Counted from the first letter of the stretch, positions 39,930-49,530 are shown. The stretch is DNA of 64,000 bases from Dehalococcoidia bacterium (GCA_965207225.1 CBDBLV010000005.1:1-64000); one strand, 5' to 3'. The notes: generated from the letters alone by a model not told the origin. A program made the numbers and translations.

Positions 39930-41564
39930 TCACATCCGGAAAACGCCGAAGCGGGTGTCGGGTACCGGGGCGTTGAGGGCGGCGGAGATGCCCAGGGCCA
40001 GCACCATTCGGGTGTCGGCGGGATCAATGATGCCGTCGTCCCAGAGTCGGGCCGTGGAATAGTAGGGGCTTCCCTCCGTCTCGTAGCGTTCCAGGATCGG
40101 GTTCTTGAAGTCGTCCTGCTCCTGCTCGGACATGGACTCGCCCTTGACTTTCAGGTTGTCCATGCGGAGGGTGAGCAGGGTGTTGGCCGCCTCCCGACCA
40201 CCCATGACCGAGATTCGGGCGTTGGGCCACATCCACAGCTGCCGTGAGTTATAGGCCCGGCCGCACATGCCGAAGTTTCCGGCCCCAAACGAGCCGCCGA
40301 AAATCAGGGTGAATTTGGGCACCTGGGCGTTGGACACGGCCATGACCAGCTTCGCTCCGTCCTTGGCCAGGCCCCGGTTTTCGTATTCCTTGCCGACCAT
40401 GAAGCCGGTGATGTTCTGCATGAAGAGCAGGGGCACCTTGCGCTGGCAGCACAGCTCCACGAAGTGGGCGCCCTTCTGGGAGGATTCGGAGAAGAGGATG
40501 CCGTTGTTGGCCACGATGCCGATGGGATAGCCCATTACCCGACCAAATCCGCAGACCAGGGAATCACCGTAGAGGGCTTTGAACTCCTGGAATTCGGAGC
40601 CGTCCACCAGGCGGGCTATGACTTCACGGGTGTCGATGATGGTGCGGAGGTCCTTAGGGAGGAGACCGTAGATCTCTTCTGGGTCGTAGGCGGGGGGGCG
40701 GGGCGGGGTGAGCTCCCAGGGAAAGTCTTTCTTCACGGGAATGCCTGCGACGATTTCGCGGGTGATGGCGATGGCTTCCTCGTCGTTGGCTGCGTAGTGG
40801 TCGGAGACGCCGGAGATGCGGGTATGAACGTCGGCGCCGCCGAGCTCTTCGACGGTTACTTCCTCTCCGGTAGCGGCCTTCACGAGGGCCGGGCCCCCGA
40901 TAAAGATCGATCCCGTACCCTTGACGATGATCGATTCATCAGCGATGGCGGGTACGTAGGCGCCACCGGCGGTGCAGAAGCCCATCACTACTGCGATCTG
41001 GGCAATCCCCTGCGCCGACATTACCGATTCGTTATAGAAGACCCGGCCGAAGTGCTCCTTGTCTGGGAAAACGTCGGCCTGGAGAGGTAGGAACGCGCCT
41101 GCGGAGTCGACCAGGTAGATGCACGGGAGCCGGTTCTGGAGGGCAATCTCCTGGGCACGGAGGTGCTTTTTGACGGTAAGTGGGTAGTAGGCGCCGGCCT
41201 TCACCGTGGCGTCGTTGGCCATGATCATGCACTCGCGGCCGCTGACTACGCCGATGCCCGTGACGATACCTGCGGAATGGGCCTGGCCGTCATACATCTC
41301 CCACGCAGCCAGTGCGCTGAGCTCCAGGAAGGGGCGGTCGTGGTCCAGGAGCTTGTCTATGCGCTCTCGGGCGGTCATCTTGCCCCGGGCCTTGTGCCTG
41401 GCTACCGACGCCTCGGGGCCACCCTGTTTTACGATATCCAGCCGCTCCCTCAGCTGCTCCAGAAGGCCAATCTGGTGGGCCCTGTTCTCCTGGAACTCAG
41501 GGGAATTGGTGTCGACATAGCTGCGAATGACGTTGAATTTACGTTCGTCGCTAACGGTGACCAA
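39930..41564 (-). CDS. Carboxyltransferase subunit (methylcrotonoyl-CoA carboxylase beta-like)
   Basis: [45 protein letters not shown]. Confidence 0.95.
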   Translation of the reverse strand: MVTVSDERKFNVIRSYVDTNSPEFQENRAHQIGLLEQLRERLDIVKQGGPEASVARHKARGKMTARERIDKLLDHDRPFLELSALAAWEMYDGQAHSAGIVTGIGVVSGRECMIMANDATVKAGAYYPLTVKKHLRAQEIALQNRLPCIYLVDSAGAFLPLQADVFPDKEHFGRVFYNESVMSAQGIAQIAVVMGFCTAGGAYVPAIADESIIVKGTGSIFIGGPALVKAATGEEVTVEELGGADVHTRISGVSDHYAANDEEAIAITREIVAGIPVKKDFPWELTPPRPPAYDPEEIYGLLPKDLRTIIDTREVIARLVDGSEFQEFKALYGDSLVCGFGRVMGYPIGIVANNGILFSESSQKGAHFVELCCQRKVPLLFMQNITGFMVGKEYENRGLAKDGAKLVMAVSNAQVPKFTLIFGGSFGAGNFGMCGRAYNSRQLWMWPNARISVMGGREAANTLLTLRMDNLKVKGESMSEQEQDDFKNPILERYETEGSPYYSTARLWDDGIIDPADTRMVLALGISAALNAPVPDTRFGVFRM

Positions 41565-41625
41565 TACAGTTCCTCCTTTGCCGACGCGGGACTCCGCTGC
41601 GTCTGCATCGAGTCCTCCAGCGGAA

Positions 41626-41655
41626 ATGGTAAGGACGGGGTTGATAGGGTGTCAA
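41626..41655 (-). promoter_or_regulatory. Putative sigma70 promoter of the carboxylase operon
   Basis: TTGACA-N18-TACCAT on the minus strand. Confidence 0.5.
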
Positions 41656-41724
41656 GTTTGGAGGTTGCGTCGAAGCCATGTGCTATCCTTCCCTCACCTT
41701 GTCGGAACCGGGAGGTGGGATTCC

Positions 41725-43251
41725 ATGACTTCATCGATAGTCCACGGCAGGTATGTCATAACCAGGGCCTCGGGAGCCGAGACCAATGTGCTGGAAAACG
41801 GGGCTGTCTATGAACGGGACGGGGTGGTGGAAGATGTGGGGCCGGTCGGGGAGATTAAGCGTCGCCACCCGGATACACAGGTGCTTGGCGGAGACGAATT
41901 CCTGGTTATGCCGGGGCTGGTGAACGCCCACCATCACGGCAAGGGAGTCAGCCCCCTGATGAAGGGCAGCTTGGACGACCACCTGGAGTATTGGATGGCC
42001 GACTCCTGGGGCCGCAAACCCGTCGACATGTACCTGGATACCCTTTATTCCTGCATGAAGATGCTGCGCTCTGGCGTAACCACGGTGATGTTTAACCTGA
42101 GCCCCGGGTCGGCGGCGGACCTCTCCGAAGACTGCAAGAAAGCGCTGACGGCTTTTGCGGATGCGGGAATGAGGGTTAATTTCTCCGTTTACGCGGAGAC
42201 CCAGTACCGGATCGTCGCCGAAGACGAGTCGGTGTTCCTGAGCCGGCTGCCGACAGACCTCGCGGCCCGGGCCAAGGCAGTGCTGGATGACGAATACATC
42301 TCCGACGATGACTACATAGCCCTTTCCGAATCTTTACATGCGTCGGACCACGACGGCGAGTTCGTTAAAGTGATGCTCTCTCCCGCCAACGCTCACTGGT
42401 GCTCGGATGCGCTGCTGGAGAGGATGCGGGCGTCGGTAACTAGGTTGGGCACGGGGTTGCACATCCACCTGGTGGAGAGCGTATACGAGAAGCTAATCGG
42501 CCTGAAGCTGTACGGGAAATCGGCACTGGCCCACCTGGACGACCTGGGCTTCCTCGGGCCCGACGTGTCCCTGGCCCATGCAGTGTGGCTGACGGCAGCG
42601 GACATGGACCTGGTCAAGGAACGGGGCGTCCACGTCTGCACGAACCCGAGCTCCAACCTGAGGCTGCGGACGGGCATCGCTCCCGTAGCGGAGATGGCGG
42701 CCCGGGGGCTGAACCTAGCCTTGGGCACGGACAGCACCTCCATAAACGAGGACGAGGACTTTCTCCAGGAGATGAGGCTGGCTCACCGGCTGCACAGGAA
42801 CCCGGGGGTCAATTCCGCAACACTGACAGCGGACAAGATCGCGAGCATGGCCACGCTGGGCGGGGCCCGGGCCACGATGTTCGAAGATGTCGGTGCCCTT
42901 GAGCCTGGCAAGAAGGCCGACCTGATCACAATTAAGCTGGACTCCGTCACCGAACCCTACCTGGACCCCGAAGCCCCGATAGTTGACGCCCTGATATACA
43001 AGGCAAGGGCCACGGACGTGGACACGGTAATGATCGGGGGCCGGGTGATGGTGGAGGGGGGTCGGGTGGTGAGTGTGGACGAGGAGAGAATGTTGGAGAA
43101 TCTGAAGGCGGAGCTTGCGCAGCCGCTATCGGAGGACGACAAGTCGCGGCGTCGGACGGCAGAGGAGCTGAAGCCCTACATCCAACGCTTCTACGAGGCA
43201 TGGGACCCGGGCCAAGACAGGCCGTTCTACGTATACAACAACGCGGAGTAA
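41725..43251 (+). CDS. Amidohydrolase (deaminase/chlorohydrolase-like)
   Basis: PGLVNAHHH, HIHLVES, LAHAVW, NPSSNLRL, GTDS. Confidence 0.92.
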   Translation: MTSSIVHGRYVITRASGAETNVLENGAVYERDGVVEDVGPVGEIKRRHPDTQVLGGDEFLVMPGLVNAHHHGKGVSPLMKGSLDDHLEYWMADSWGRKPVDMYLDTLYSCMKMLRSGVTTVMFNLSPGSAADLSEDCKKALTAFADAGMRVNFSVYAETQYRIVAEDESVFLSRLPTDLAARAKAVLDDEYISDDDYIALSESLHASDHDGEFVKVMLSPANAHWCSDALLERMRASVTRLGTGLHIHLVESVYEKLIGLKLYGKSALAHLDDLGFLGPDVSLAHAVWLTAADMDLVKERGVHVCTNPSSNLRLRTGIAPVAEMAARGLNLALGTDSTSINEDEDFLQEMRLAHRLHRNPGVNSATLTADKIASMATLGGARATMFEDVGALEPGKKADLITIKLDSVTEPYLDPEAPIVDALIYKARATDVDTVMIGGRVMVEGGRVVSVDEERMLENLKAELAQPLSEDDKSRRRTAEELKPYIQRFYEAWDPGQDRPFYVYNNAE

Positions 43252-43254
43252 CCC

Positions 43255-44466
43255 ATGCCCGGCGTCCTCGAAGGCTTAAGGGTCCTGGACATCGCGTCCA
43301 TGTGGGCGGCGCCCCTCATCGGGGCATACCTGGCAGACCAGGGAGCAGGGGTGATAAAGGTCGAGCCCCCATGGGGAGACCAGGCCCGACGCACCTTCAG
43401 CAGCCCTCCCCTTCCCAATGGGCTGAGCAGGTCTTGGCTGGTCGCTGCTCGAGGGAAGAAGGGGATAGCCGTCGACATCTCCAAGTCCGAGGGGAAGGAC
43501 ATAGTCTACGCCCTCGTCGAACGCTCCGACGTTCTGATAACAAACTTCCGCTCTCCCGTCGCCCGACGCCTGGGTTACGACTACGAGAGCCTGCGAGCAA
43601 TCAACAAGGGGCTGGTCTACGCAAGGGTTGGAGCGTATGGGGAGAAGGGCCCCTATGCAGAAAAGCGGGGCTACGACCGCATATTCCAGGCCCTTTCAGG
43701 GATGATGAGGAAGTCGGGCCCGGAAGGAGTACCGCGTAACGCGGGCATTTGGGCGGCGGATATGTCAGCGCCGTGGGCCATGTGCTACGGGATTGCACTG
43801 GCGCTGATGGACAGAGAGAAGTCGGGAGAAGGGCAGGAGGTGAGCACCTCACTTCTTCAGATGTCGATGGCGATGCAGGCGGTGGACCTGGTGAAGGCGG
43901 ACTCGGAAATGGGACCGGGTGGGGAGTCGGGGGAGGAGTACGCCAACCAACCGCTTTACCTGCCGTACCAGTGCTCCGACGGCGAATGGGTCAACATCGT
44001 CGTTATCACCGACAAGGAGTTCCAGGGTCTCTGTGAAGCCCTGGAGATAATGGATCTGTTGGAAGATGCCCGGTTCTCGACACCCCTCGGCCGGATCCAA
44101 AACGGTGAAGTGCTCTTCCAGGTGCTGGCAGGTGTATTCTCGACGCGGCCGCTGCCAGAGTGGCTAAGGATACTGGAGGACCATGATGTCCCATGCGCTC
44201 CGGTGTTGGGCACCGACGATGTGTTCGAAAGTCCGCAAATCGAGGCTAACGGATTCATTGCGGAGGTCGACTACCCCGGAGTCGGGAAAACGCGGATGAT
44301 AAACGCTCCCGTCAGGTTAAGCGGGAGAACGGGACAGGTCGGGGCCCGAGCCCCAGGGCTGGGGGAACACACTGAGCAGGTCTTGAGAGAGCTGGGGTAT
44401 TCGGAGGAACGGATAGGGAAATTGGAGAGGGATGGCGTGGTGGTACGGGGGGAAGCGTCCGGTTAG
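43255..44466 (+). CDS. CaiB/BaiF family CoA transferase
   Basis: LEGLRVLD, LADQGAGVIKVEPP, GYD, APGLGEHT. Confidence 0.93.
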   Translation: MPGVLEGLRVLDIASMWAAPLIGAYLADQGAGVIKVEPPWGDQARRTFSSPPLPNGLSRSWLVAARGKKGIAVDISKSEGKDIVYALVERSDVLITNFRSPVARRLGYDYESLRAINKGLVYARVGAYGEKGPYAEKRGYDRIFQALSGMMRKSGPEGVPRNAGIWAADMSAPWAMCYGIALALMDREKSGEGQEVSTSLLQMSMAMQAVDLVKADSEMGPGGESGEEYANQPLYLPYQCSDGEWVNIVVITDKEFQGLCEALEIMDLLEDARFSTPLGRIQNGEVLFQVLAGVFSTRPLPEWLRILEDHDVPCAPVLGTDDVFESPQIEANGFIAEVDYPGVGKTRMINAPVRLSGRTGQVGARAPGLGEHTEQVLRELGYSEERIGKLERDGVVVRGEASG

Positions 44467-44476
44467 AATTTCACAT

Positions 44477-44665
44477 ATGAGACTGACTTACACTGCTTCC
44501 GAAGCCCGGACGCGGTTCTCGGAGGTCATGCGGAGAGTGCGAGACGGAGACACTATTGTTGTGACTTATCGCGGAGAACCCGTAGCCGAGATTCGACCGC
44601 TGGAGAAGCGTGCACAGACGCTAGAGAAACGGCCTAGAGAACTGGAGCGGCGGGGCGTGCTGTAG
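44477..44665 (+). CDS. Phd/YefM family antitoxin (probably truncated, orphan)
   Basis: YTASEARTRFSEVMRRV..G..IVVTYRGEPVAEIRP; no toxin gene follows. Confidence 0.8.
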   Translation: MRLTYTASEARTRFSEVMRRVRDGDTIVVTYRGEPVAEIRPLEKRAQTLEKRPRELERRGVL

Positions 44666-44788
44666 CCGGCGAGGAGCCAAAGGAAACCCTTCACATTTAG
44701 GGAGTTCGTACCTGGTGCTTTACAGTGGTTTCCGGGAATTATTTCCAACTGCAGGTACCCGAGATTCGTGGCGTTTCCGGGTCAAGAG

Positions 44789-45175
44789 TCAGGGAATCTC
44801 TATCCTGCTAAGGCGGCCGGTCCTCCCAATTCGGAAGATATAAGGCCTTGGAGTCTGTGCCATCACCCCGAGGATGCGTTCGTATGCCCGAAGGAAGCAG
44901 AGGGTCTTTTCCCATCTCTTGGCCTCGCTGCCCCACAAATAGAAGCATCCCATCTGGTATTGCTTTATAGCGGAAAGTTCAGACTGTTCCAAGTGATGTC
45001 GGCTATCGTGACCGATTAGCGTCCACCCCCTACCGCCGATTTCCGACATCCACTCGTCGTCTGGAGAATCTATAGTGAAGTGCGTTTGGTGGTACTCGAT
45101 AGGGATCGGCAGTCTTAGAAGGCCCAGTGCCCTTGGTAGGGATGTGCCGACATCCCTGTCGAAGAAGAAAACCAC
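44789..45175 (-). CDS. PIN-like (VapC45-type) toxin
   Basis: FFFDRDVG, DDEWM..IGGRGW.LIGHD. Confidence 0.75.
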   Translation of the reverse strand: MVFFFDRDVGTSLPRALGLLRLPIPIEYHQTHFTIDSPDDEWMSEIGGRGWTLIGHDSRHHLEQSELSAIKQYQMGCFYLWGSEAKRWEKTLCFLRAYERILGVMAQTPRPYIFRIGRTGRLSRIEIP

Positions 45176-45177
45176 GA

Positions 45178-45864
45178 TTACGCCGGCACACCTTCGAATT
45201 GGAGCCCGCTGATAGCATCGTCAGATGAGATGCCGAAATCATCGACGATGTCGTCCAGGCTTTCGCCGGCGTTCCACCTACCCTTCAGCACCCAGGTAGG
45301 TATGCCGCTCACTGTGGGAGCGCCGAAGGAGAGTCGCGGATCGATCTTCACAGGTGAGTCCCTGCCGGCCAAGTGCCAGACGAGGGCCAGGTCATGCTCG
45401 TAATCAAACTCGGCTAGCCGGGCTGCCATCATTTTTTCCCACCCCAGTTGACCACCCACATCTGCCACGATTACTTCGTTTAGTATGGGTGCGTCTTCAT
45501 ACTCAGTCCACTGTAGCATCAACCTCATACCATCCGTTTTGAATCTATAGGCGGCGAAGGGGTATTCAGAGGAGAAAGTTGTCTGCATATATTGCCTTGT
45601 GCGGGCAATCGATTCCAGAGATACCCCTAGCTGACGAAACACAGCAACCACTGCGACTTCCACTAATTCCAGGTAGGAGAGGTGCTCTCGTGCAATGCGG
45701 CCGGATAAAGCTGCCGTACCGATAGGCAGTCGACGATGCGTCCAGTTTGTGACAGTTTGAGGAGTAACTCGGGAAAAACGCGCAGCATCAGCCACAGTGT
45801 AGGCGGGGAGGTACAGCCTCCTACGCCAAGGCTCTATTCCTCTTTCGGCTGTCATAATGGGCAT
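45178..45864 (-). CDS. DUF433-domain protein (VapB45-type antitoxin)
   Basis: N-terminal HTH (YTVADAARF), IDPRLSFGAPTVSG, AGESLDDIVDDF. Confidence 0.85.
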   Translation of the reverse strand: MPIMTAERGIEPWRRRLYLPAYTVADAARFSRVTPQTVTNWTHRRLPIGTAALSGRIAREHLSYLELVEVAVVAVFRQLGVSLESIARTRQYMQTTFSSEYPFAAYRFKTDGMRLMLQWTEYEDAPILNEVIVADVGGQLGWEKMMAARLAEFDYEHDLALVWHLAGRDSPVKIDPRLSFGAPTVSGIPTWVLKGRWNAGESLDDIVDDFGISSDDAISGLQFEGVPA

Positions 45865-45935
45865 TGTGGGTATCTTTCGTCTCGAGGACACTGTGGGATG
45901 TGCAGGTTCAATTGTAACAAACGTCGATATCCGGG

Positions 45936-46589
45936 CTACGCGCCCTTCACCGCCCGAGCTATGTACGCACACCCGAGCATGTAGTCCTGGCGCTCCAGGC
46001 TAGGCACGACCCTTTCCAGCTCGTCGTAGGGCTGGCCCTTGGCGAAGATCCTGTTCATAGATCCCCTGACCCCCACCCATCGCCACGTCCTGAACCGCAC
46101 CTGGAAATAGAGGTTGAACAGCGGGCCGAGGAGGCCCTGGGCGTGCTTAACTCCCCCGTTGACCAGCCGACCCCCGGGCGCCATTGCGTCGATCACCCGG
46201 GTCACGGCGGGCGGCGAGATTAGGACTTCGGGCACAAAGTAAGCCAATACTGCGTCCAGGGGGCCGGGGATATCCACCTCCCGGGCGTCGCCCTGTATCA
46301 GGGTCACATTTTCCCAGCCGTTCCGTTCGACCTTCTCCCGGGCGATGTCCAGCATGTCCGGGCTGAGTTCCACGCCGATGATCCTACCCTCGGGCCCGAC
46401 ACCCTGCTGGAGCATATCGAAGCTGAGCCCTGTACCGCATCCCAGGTCCAGGACCGTTTCTCCGGGTTTCAGGTCCAGGCGTCGGATGGCGTAGGGCCGG
46501 ATGCGGTCAGAGAAACGTTTGCCCTTGTCGTAGTCGGCGGCGTGGAGCCGGTAGCGGTCCCTCTGGACCTGGGGATCGTAGGTGTTCAT
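45936..46589 (-). CDS. Class I SAM-dependent methyltransferase (paralog 1)
   Basis: VLDLGCGTG, GVELSPDML, QGDA. Confidence 0.92.
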   Translation of the reverse strand: MNTYDPQVQRDRYRLHAADYDKGKRFSDRIRPYAIRRLDLKPGETVLDLGCGTGLSFDMLQQGVGPEGRIIGVELSPDMLDIAREKVERNGWENVTLIQGDAREVDIPGPLDAVLAYFVPEVLISPPAVTRVIDAMAPGGRLVNGGVKHAQGLLGPLFNLYFQVRFRTWRWVGVRGSMNRIFAKGQPYDELERVVPSLERQDYMLGCAYIARAVKGA

Positions 46590-46596
46590 GGGGAAG

Positions 46597-47250
46597 CTAT
46601 TTGTCCCTGGTTGCCCGGGCCACGTAGACGCAGCCGTAAAAGTAGTTCCATAGCTCCAGGTTGGGGGAGGCAGCTTTCAGGGTGTCATAGGGCTGGCCCC
46701 TGCCGATCATCCTTTTGACGACCCGCTTCATTCCCACCCATCGCCAGGTCCTCCACCTCGCCTGGAAATAGATATTGAAGAGGGGGCCAAGGGGCCCGCG
46801 CGCATGCTTTACGCCGGATGCCACGAGTCTGCCGCCGGGGCCAAGCGAGTCGAGGGCGCGGCGAATGGCCGGAGGCAAATAGAGAATCTCCGGCACGAAA
46901 AAGGCCAGTACAGCATCGACGGGGCCGGGGATTTCTACGGCGCTGGCATCACCTTCGATGAGGGTAACGTTGGTCCAGCCGTTGAGCTCGACCCTTTGGC
47001 GGGCCAGCTCCATCATCTCGGGGCTCAGCTCCAGGCCGATAATCCGCCCCTCGGGCCCGACATCCCGATGAAGCCGTTCGAAGCTTATGCCCGTACCGCA
47101 ACCGAGATCGAGAACTGTTTCTCCCGGTTTTAGATCGAGGTGTTGGAACGAAGCGTCCCGGACGCCGTCCAGCCAACTCATGGCGCTATCGTAGGTGGCG
47201 GCGAAGTCACGGTAGCGGTCTCTGGCGCCTCGGGAGTCGGGGGTGGTCAT
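46597..47250 (-). CDS. Class I SAM-dependent methyltransferase (paralog 2)
   Basis: VLDLGCGTG, GLELSPEM, EGDA; same 217-aa length as paralog 1. Confidence 0.92.
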   Translation of the reverse strand: MTTPDSRGARDRYRDFAATYDSAMSWLDGVRDASFQHLDLKPGETVLDLGCGTGISFERLHRDVGPEGRIIGLELSPEMMELARQRVELNGWTNVTLIEGDASAVEIPGPVDAVLAFFVPEILYLPPAIRRALDSLGPGGRLVASGVKHARGPLGPLFNIYFQARWRTWRWVGMKRVVKRMIGRGQPYDTLKAASPNLELWNYFYGCVYVARATRDK

Positions 47251-47275
47251 GGATTGCGCCCAGTTAGGGGATGGG

Positions 47276-47392
47276 GATTGATTGAGCTCGATTGAAGGTT
47301 GATTGAACGTGATTGTAGTTGATTGATCATCGATTGAACTTGATTGAAGGTTGATTGAACGTTGATTGAATGCGTAGCTAGTTTGATTGAAT
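47276..47392. repeat. Helically phased array of GATTG(AA) direct repeats
   Basis: Motif starts at 47280, 47290, 47301, 47311, 47321, 47332, 47342, 47353, 47364 and 47385 (spacings 10/11, one 21). Confidence 0.9.
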
Positions 47393-47512
47393 GACGCCTA
47401 AATGTTGGAGAAAAGTTTTTCACTGTGTTTGGGAGAGGATTGTGAGGGTATGGATATTGGGTGGGCATGGAAGATTTAGCGGAATGCAGGTGGTGAGTAG
47501 GGACTCGGCTGA

Positions 47513-47542
47513 ATTATAGCACAGACGTTTTGTCAGAATCAA
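47513..47542 (-). promoter_or_regulatory. Putative sigma70 promoter firing toward the repeat array and methyltransferases
   Basis: TTGATT-N18-TATAAT with an extended -10 (TGcTATAAT) on the minus strand. Confidence 0.6.
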
Positions 47543-47566
47543 GGGGATGGACATGGGGGATTATAC

Positions 47567-47781
47567 GCCTGCCAGCCCTACGAATATCGACAGTCAAAGG
47601 TGTTTGTGCTAGATTGCCCATTGCGAAAGACACCTGGCGTCACTTTGTGTGCCGACGCTGGGATAAAGGCATGGGTTTCTCCATGCCCCCTTGTGACCTT
47701 AGCGTTGGCACAGGTGTCTTTCGCAGGAACCCTGCCCGTTGCAAGGGGGCACCTTGTTGGGACTCTGCGTTTCTGGCAGGC
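47567..47781. ncRNA. Candidate structured element/ncRNA (nested inverted repeats, rod-like)
   Basis: 9-bp, 15-bp, 10-bp and 7-bp nested stems in an intergenic region; family not recognised. Confidence 0.5.
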
Positions 47782-47832
47782 CACTCCCTTTAACGGGACG
47801 AACAACTACCTATAACGTAAAGGCGAACTGCC

Positions 47833-48744
47833 ATGCACCGTTTCAGAATCTTCCGGTATCTTCTTGTCAGGCTATTAGTCGGAGCCGCGTTAATCCTAGC
47901 CATTCTGATGGTGGCTGTTGGGTGCTCGTCTGAAGCACCCGGGGCAATGATACCCGTTGAACGTGCCGATTCTCCTACTCCTCAACCGGATGCTACTGCA
48001 GGGTCGACAAGAGACTCTACGGAAGCGCCGTCACTCACCGATACGCCACGCCCAACCCCGACACCGCGCCCTACGCCTACACCTGAGAGCCGAGTAGCAA
48101 CAAGTGGGATATGTTCTCCAGTTGATTACTCTGAGATTTGGGTGGTCCTGACACCATATGTAAAGGGTGTTGCATGTATAGAGACGGATGAAAGGCATGG
48201 TTCCGGTTTTGTAATTGAGAACACTGATTCGGGAGAGGGTATCCTGTTAACTAATGCTCACGTGTTAGGATTTGATCCTGAATACATCACGGTTCATTTA
48301 GACAATGTTGTTTACAGTGCTGAAATAGTGAAAATTAGTGAAGAGCAAGACTTGGCGATGTTGCGAATCTGCTGTGGCAGTTTTAATGCATTGGATATGG
48401 CAGAGAGGTATGTGGAATTATATGAAGCTATAGTCGTTTTAGGATTTCCCGATGGGGAGTTTTATTACAGCTACGGATTCGTAAATGATTCGATAGATGG
48501 ACATTACACAACCTCTGCTGCTGCATATCCAGGCAGTAGTGGCAGCCCAATGTTAATGACCACGTTGACAGGTATAGAAATTGGAGAAAAGGGAATACTG
48601 CAAAACCAATTCTCCAAGCGTTTTGAAAATGGCGGTAAGCTGATAGTGGCAGGAATTATAACGGCTAAAGAGAGGCATTCTTATGGAGCCGCGTATGCTA
48701 TCTCTCATCACGACGTAAGTGAGTTTGTCGCTGGTGACTGGTAA
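47833..48744 (+). CDS. Trypsin-like serine protease lipoprotein with Pro/Thr linker
   Basis: Lipobox AVGC, PTPTPRPTPTP, GSGF, TNAHV, DLAML, PGSSGSP; lower GC. Confidence 0.85.
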   Translation: MHRFRIFRYLLVRLLVGAALILAILMVAVGCSSEAPGAMIPVERADSPTPQPDATAGSTRDSTEAPSLTDTPRPTPTPRPTPTPESRVATSGICSPVDYSEIWVVLTPYVKGVACIETDERHGSGFVIENTDSGEGILLTNAHVLGFDPEYITVHLDNVVYSAEIVKISEEQDLAMLRICCGSFNALDMAERYVELYEAIVVLGFPDGEFYYSYGFVNDSIDGHYTTSAAAYPGSSGSPMLMTTLTGIEIGEKGILQNQFSKRFENGGKLIVAGIITAKERHSYGAAYAISHHDVSEFVAGDW

Positions 48745-48792
48745 AAGATGGATCGTTAGCTTGATAACTTGTTGTATATAATTTCCAAGTCA

Positions 48793-49242
48793 ATGGAATC
48801 CATGCTGCAACCATACAACTACTACCTAAACCGGAATCCGCAGAAGGACGGCTTTCGAATAGTACACCGGGACGACTGCGAATGGATGTACCTTGTTAAG
48901 GACCCCGTTGCGCTCGGATTGTTCGTCTCACCTGACAACGCAGTTAAGAAGGCCCGGAGGCACTATGATCAGGCACGGATGTGTCTCTACTGCTCTCCGT
49001 CGGGAGACGGGTCTCGTATAGACGCCAAGCGAGTGTGGGAGGTGCTAAAACTTATAGACATGGGATCGGGGTACAGCAACTCAGTCACAAATTGTGAGCG
49101 TAAGTGGTGTGCAGAGAGGGGGCTTGTGAAGGGGAGTGAGGGAGAGAATGGGCCTATACTCACATTGACGGATTGTGGGATGTGGATGCTCTGTCACTGG
49201 AGCCGCATCTATGGCGACAAGCAGGATGAGGTGAGGGAATAG
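48793..49242 (+). CDS. Hypothetical Cys/His-containing protein
   Basis: YYLNRNPQKDG..VHRDDC...CLYCS putative metal site plus a C-terminal extension; start uncertain. Confidence 0.65.
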   Translation: MESMLQPYNYYLNRNPQKDGFRIVHRDDCEWMYLVKDPVALGLFVSPDNAVKKARRHYDQARMCLYCSPSGDGSRIDAKRVWEVLKLIDMGSGYSNSVTNCERKWCAERGLVKGSEGENGPILTLTDCGMWMLCHWSRIYGDKQDEVRE

Positions 49243-49310
49243 GCGACTTCTCACGTTATGGCAGTTAAGGAAGGCCCAGAATTTCAAAACCACACTTTCA
49301 GAGAGAACCG

Positions 49311-49463
49311 ATGAGGGAGATTAGCGAGGAGACATCCTTCACCCTGGAGTCGACCTATGGCTCGGTAAGGCCTTCCACGAGGCCAGAAGACTTTGAGGAG
49401 TTAATCCGAATCGCCAAAGATGAAAAGGTCGAACGTTCGCCCCGAAAGTTAATGGAAGAATGA
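49311..49463 (+). pseudogene. Probable C-terminal remnant of an AbrB/MazE-type antitoxin
   Basis: TLESTYGSVRPSTRPEDFEELIRIAKDEK resembles recalled antitoxin C-termini; DNA-binding N-terminus and toxin absent. Confidence 0.4.
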
Positions 49464-49498
49464 GATTCCCTGATACGAAGGCCATTCTTAGTTAAACG

Positions 49499-49530
49499 AA
49501 AGGCCCCCGAGAAAACTCGGGGGCCTTTTT
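49499..49530. terminator. Rho-independent terminator (probably bidirectional)
   Basis: aaaggcccccgag-aaaa-ctcgggggccttttt immediately 3' of the tRNA. Confidence 0.88.

Noticed and set aside
47276-47392. Phased repeats as a mini-CRISPR or oriC
   Set aside because: Units are only 10-11 bp; no DnaA boxes (TTATCCACA) or dnaA/rep gene nearby.
47567-47781. Complete retron or DGR
   Set aside because: No reverse transcriptase in the window and no template/variable repeat pair differing at adenines was seen; kept only as an unassigned structured element.
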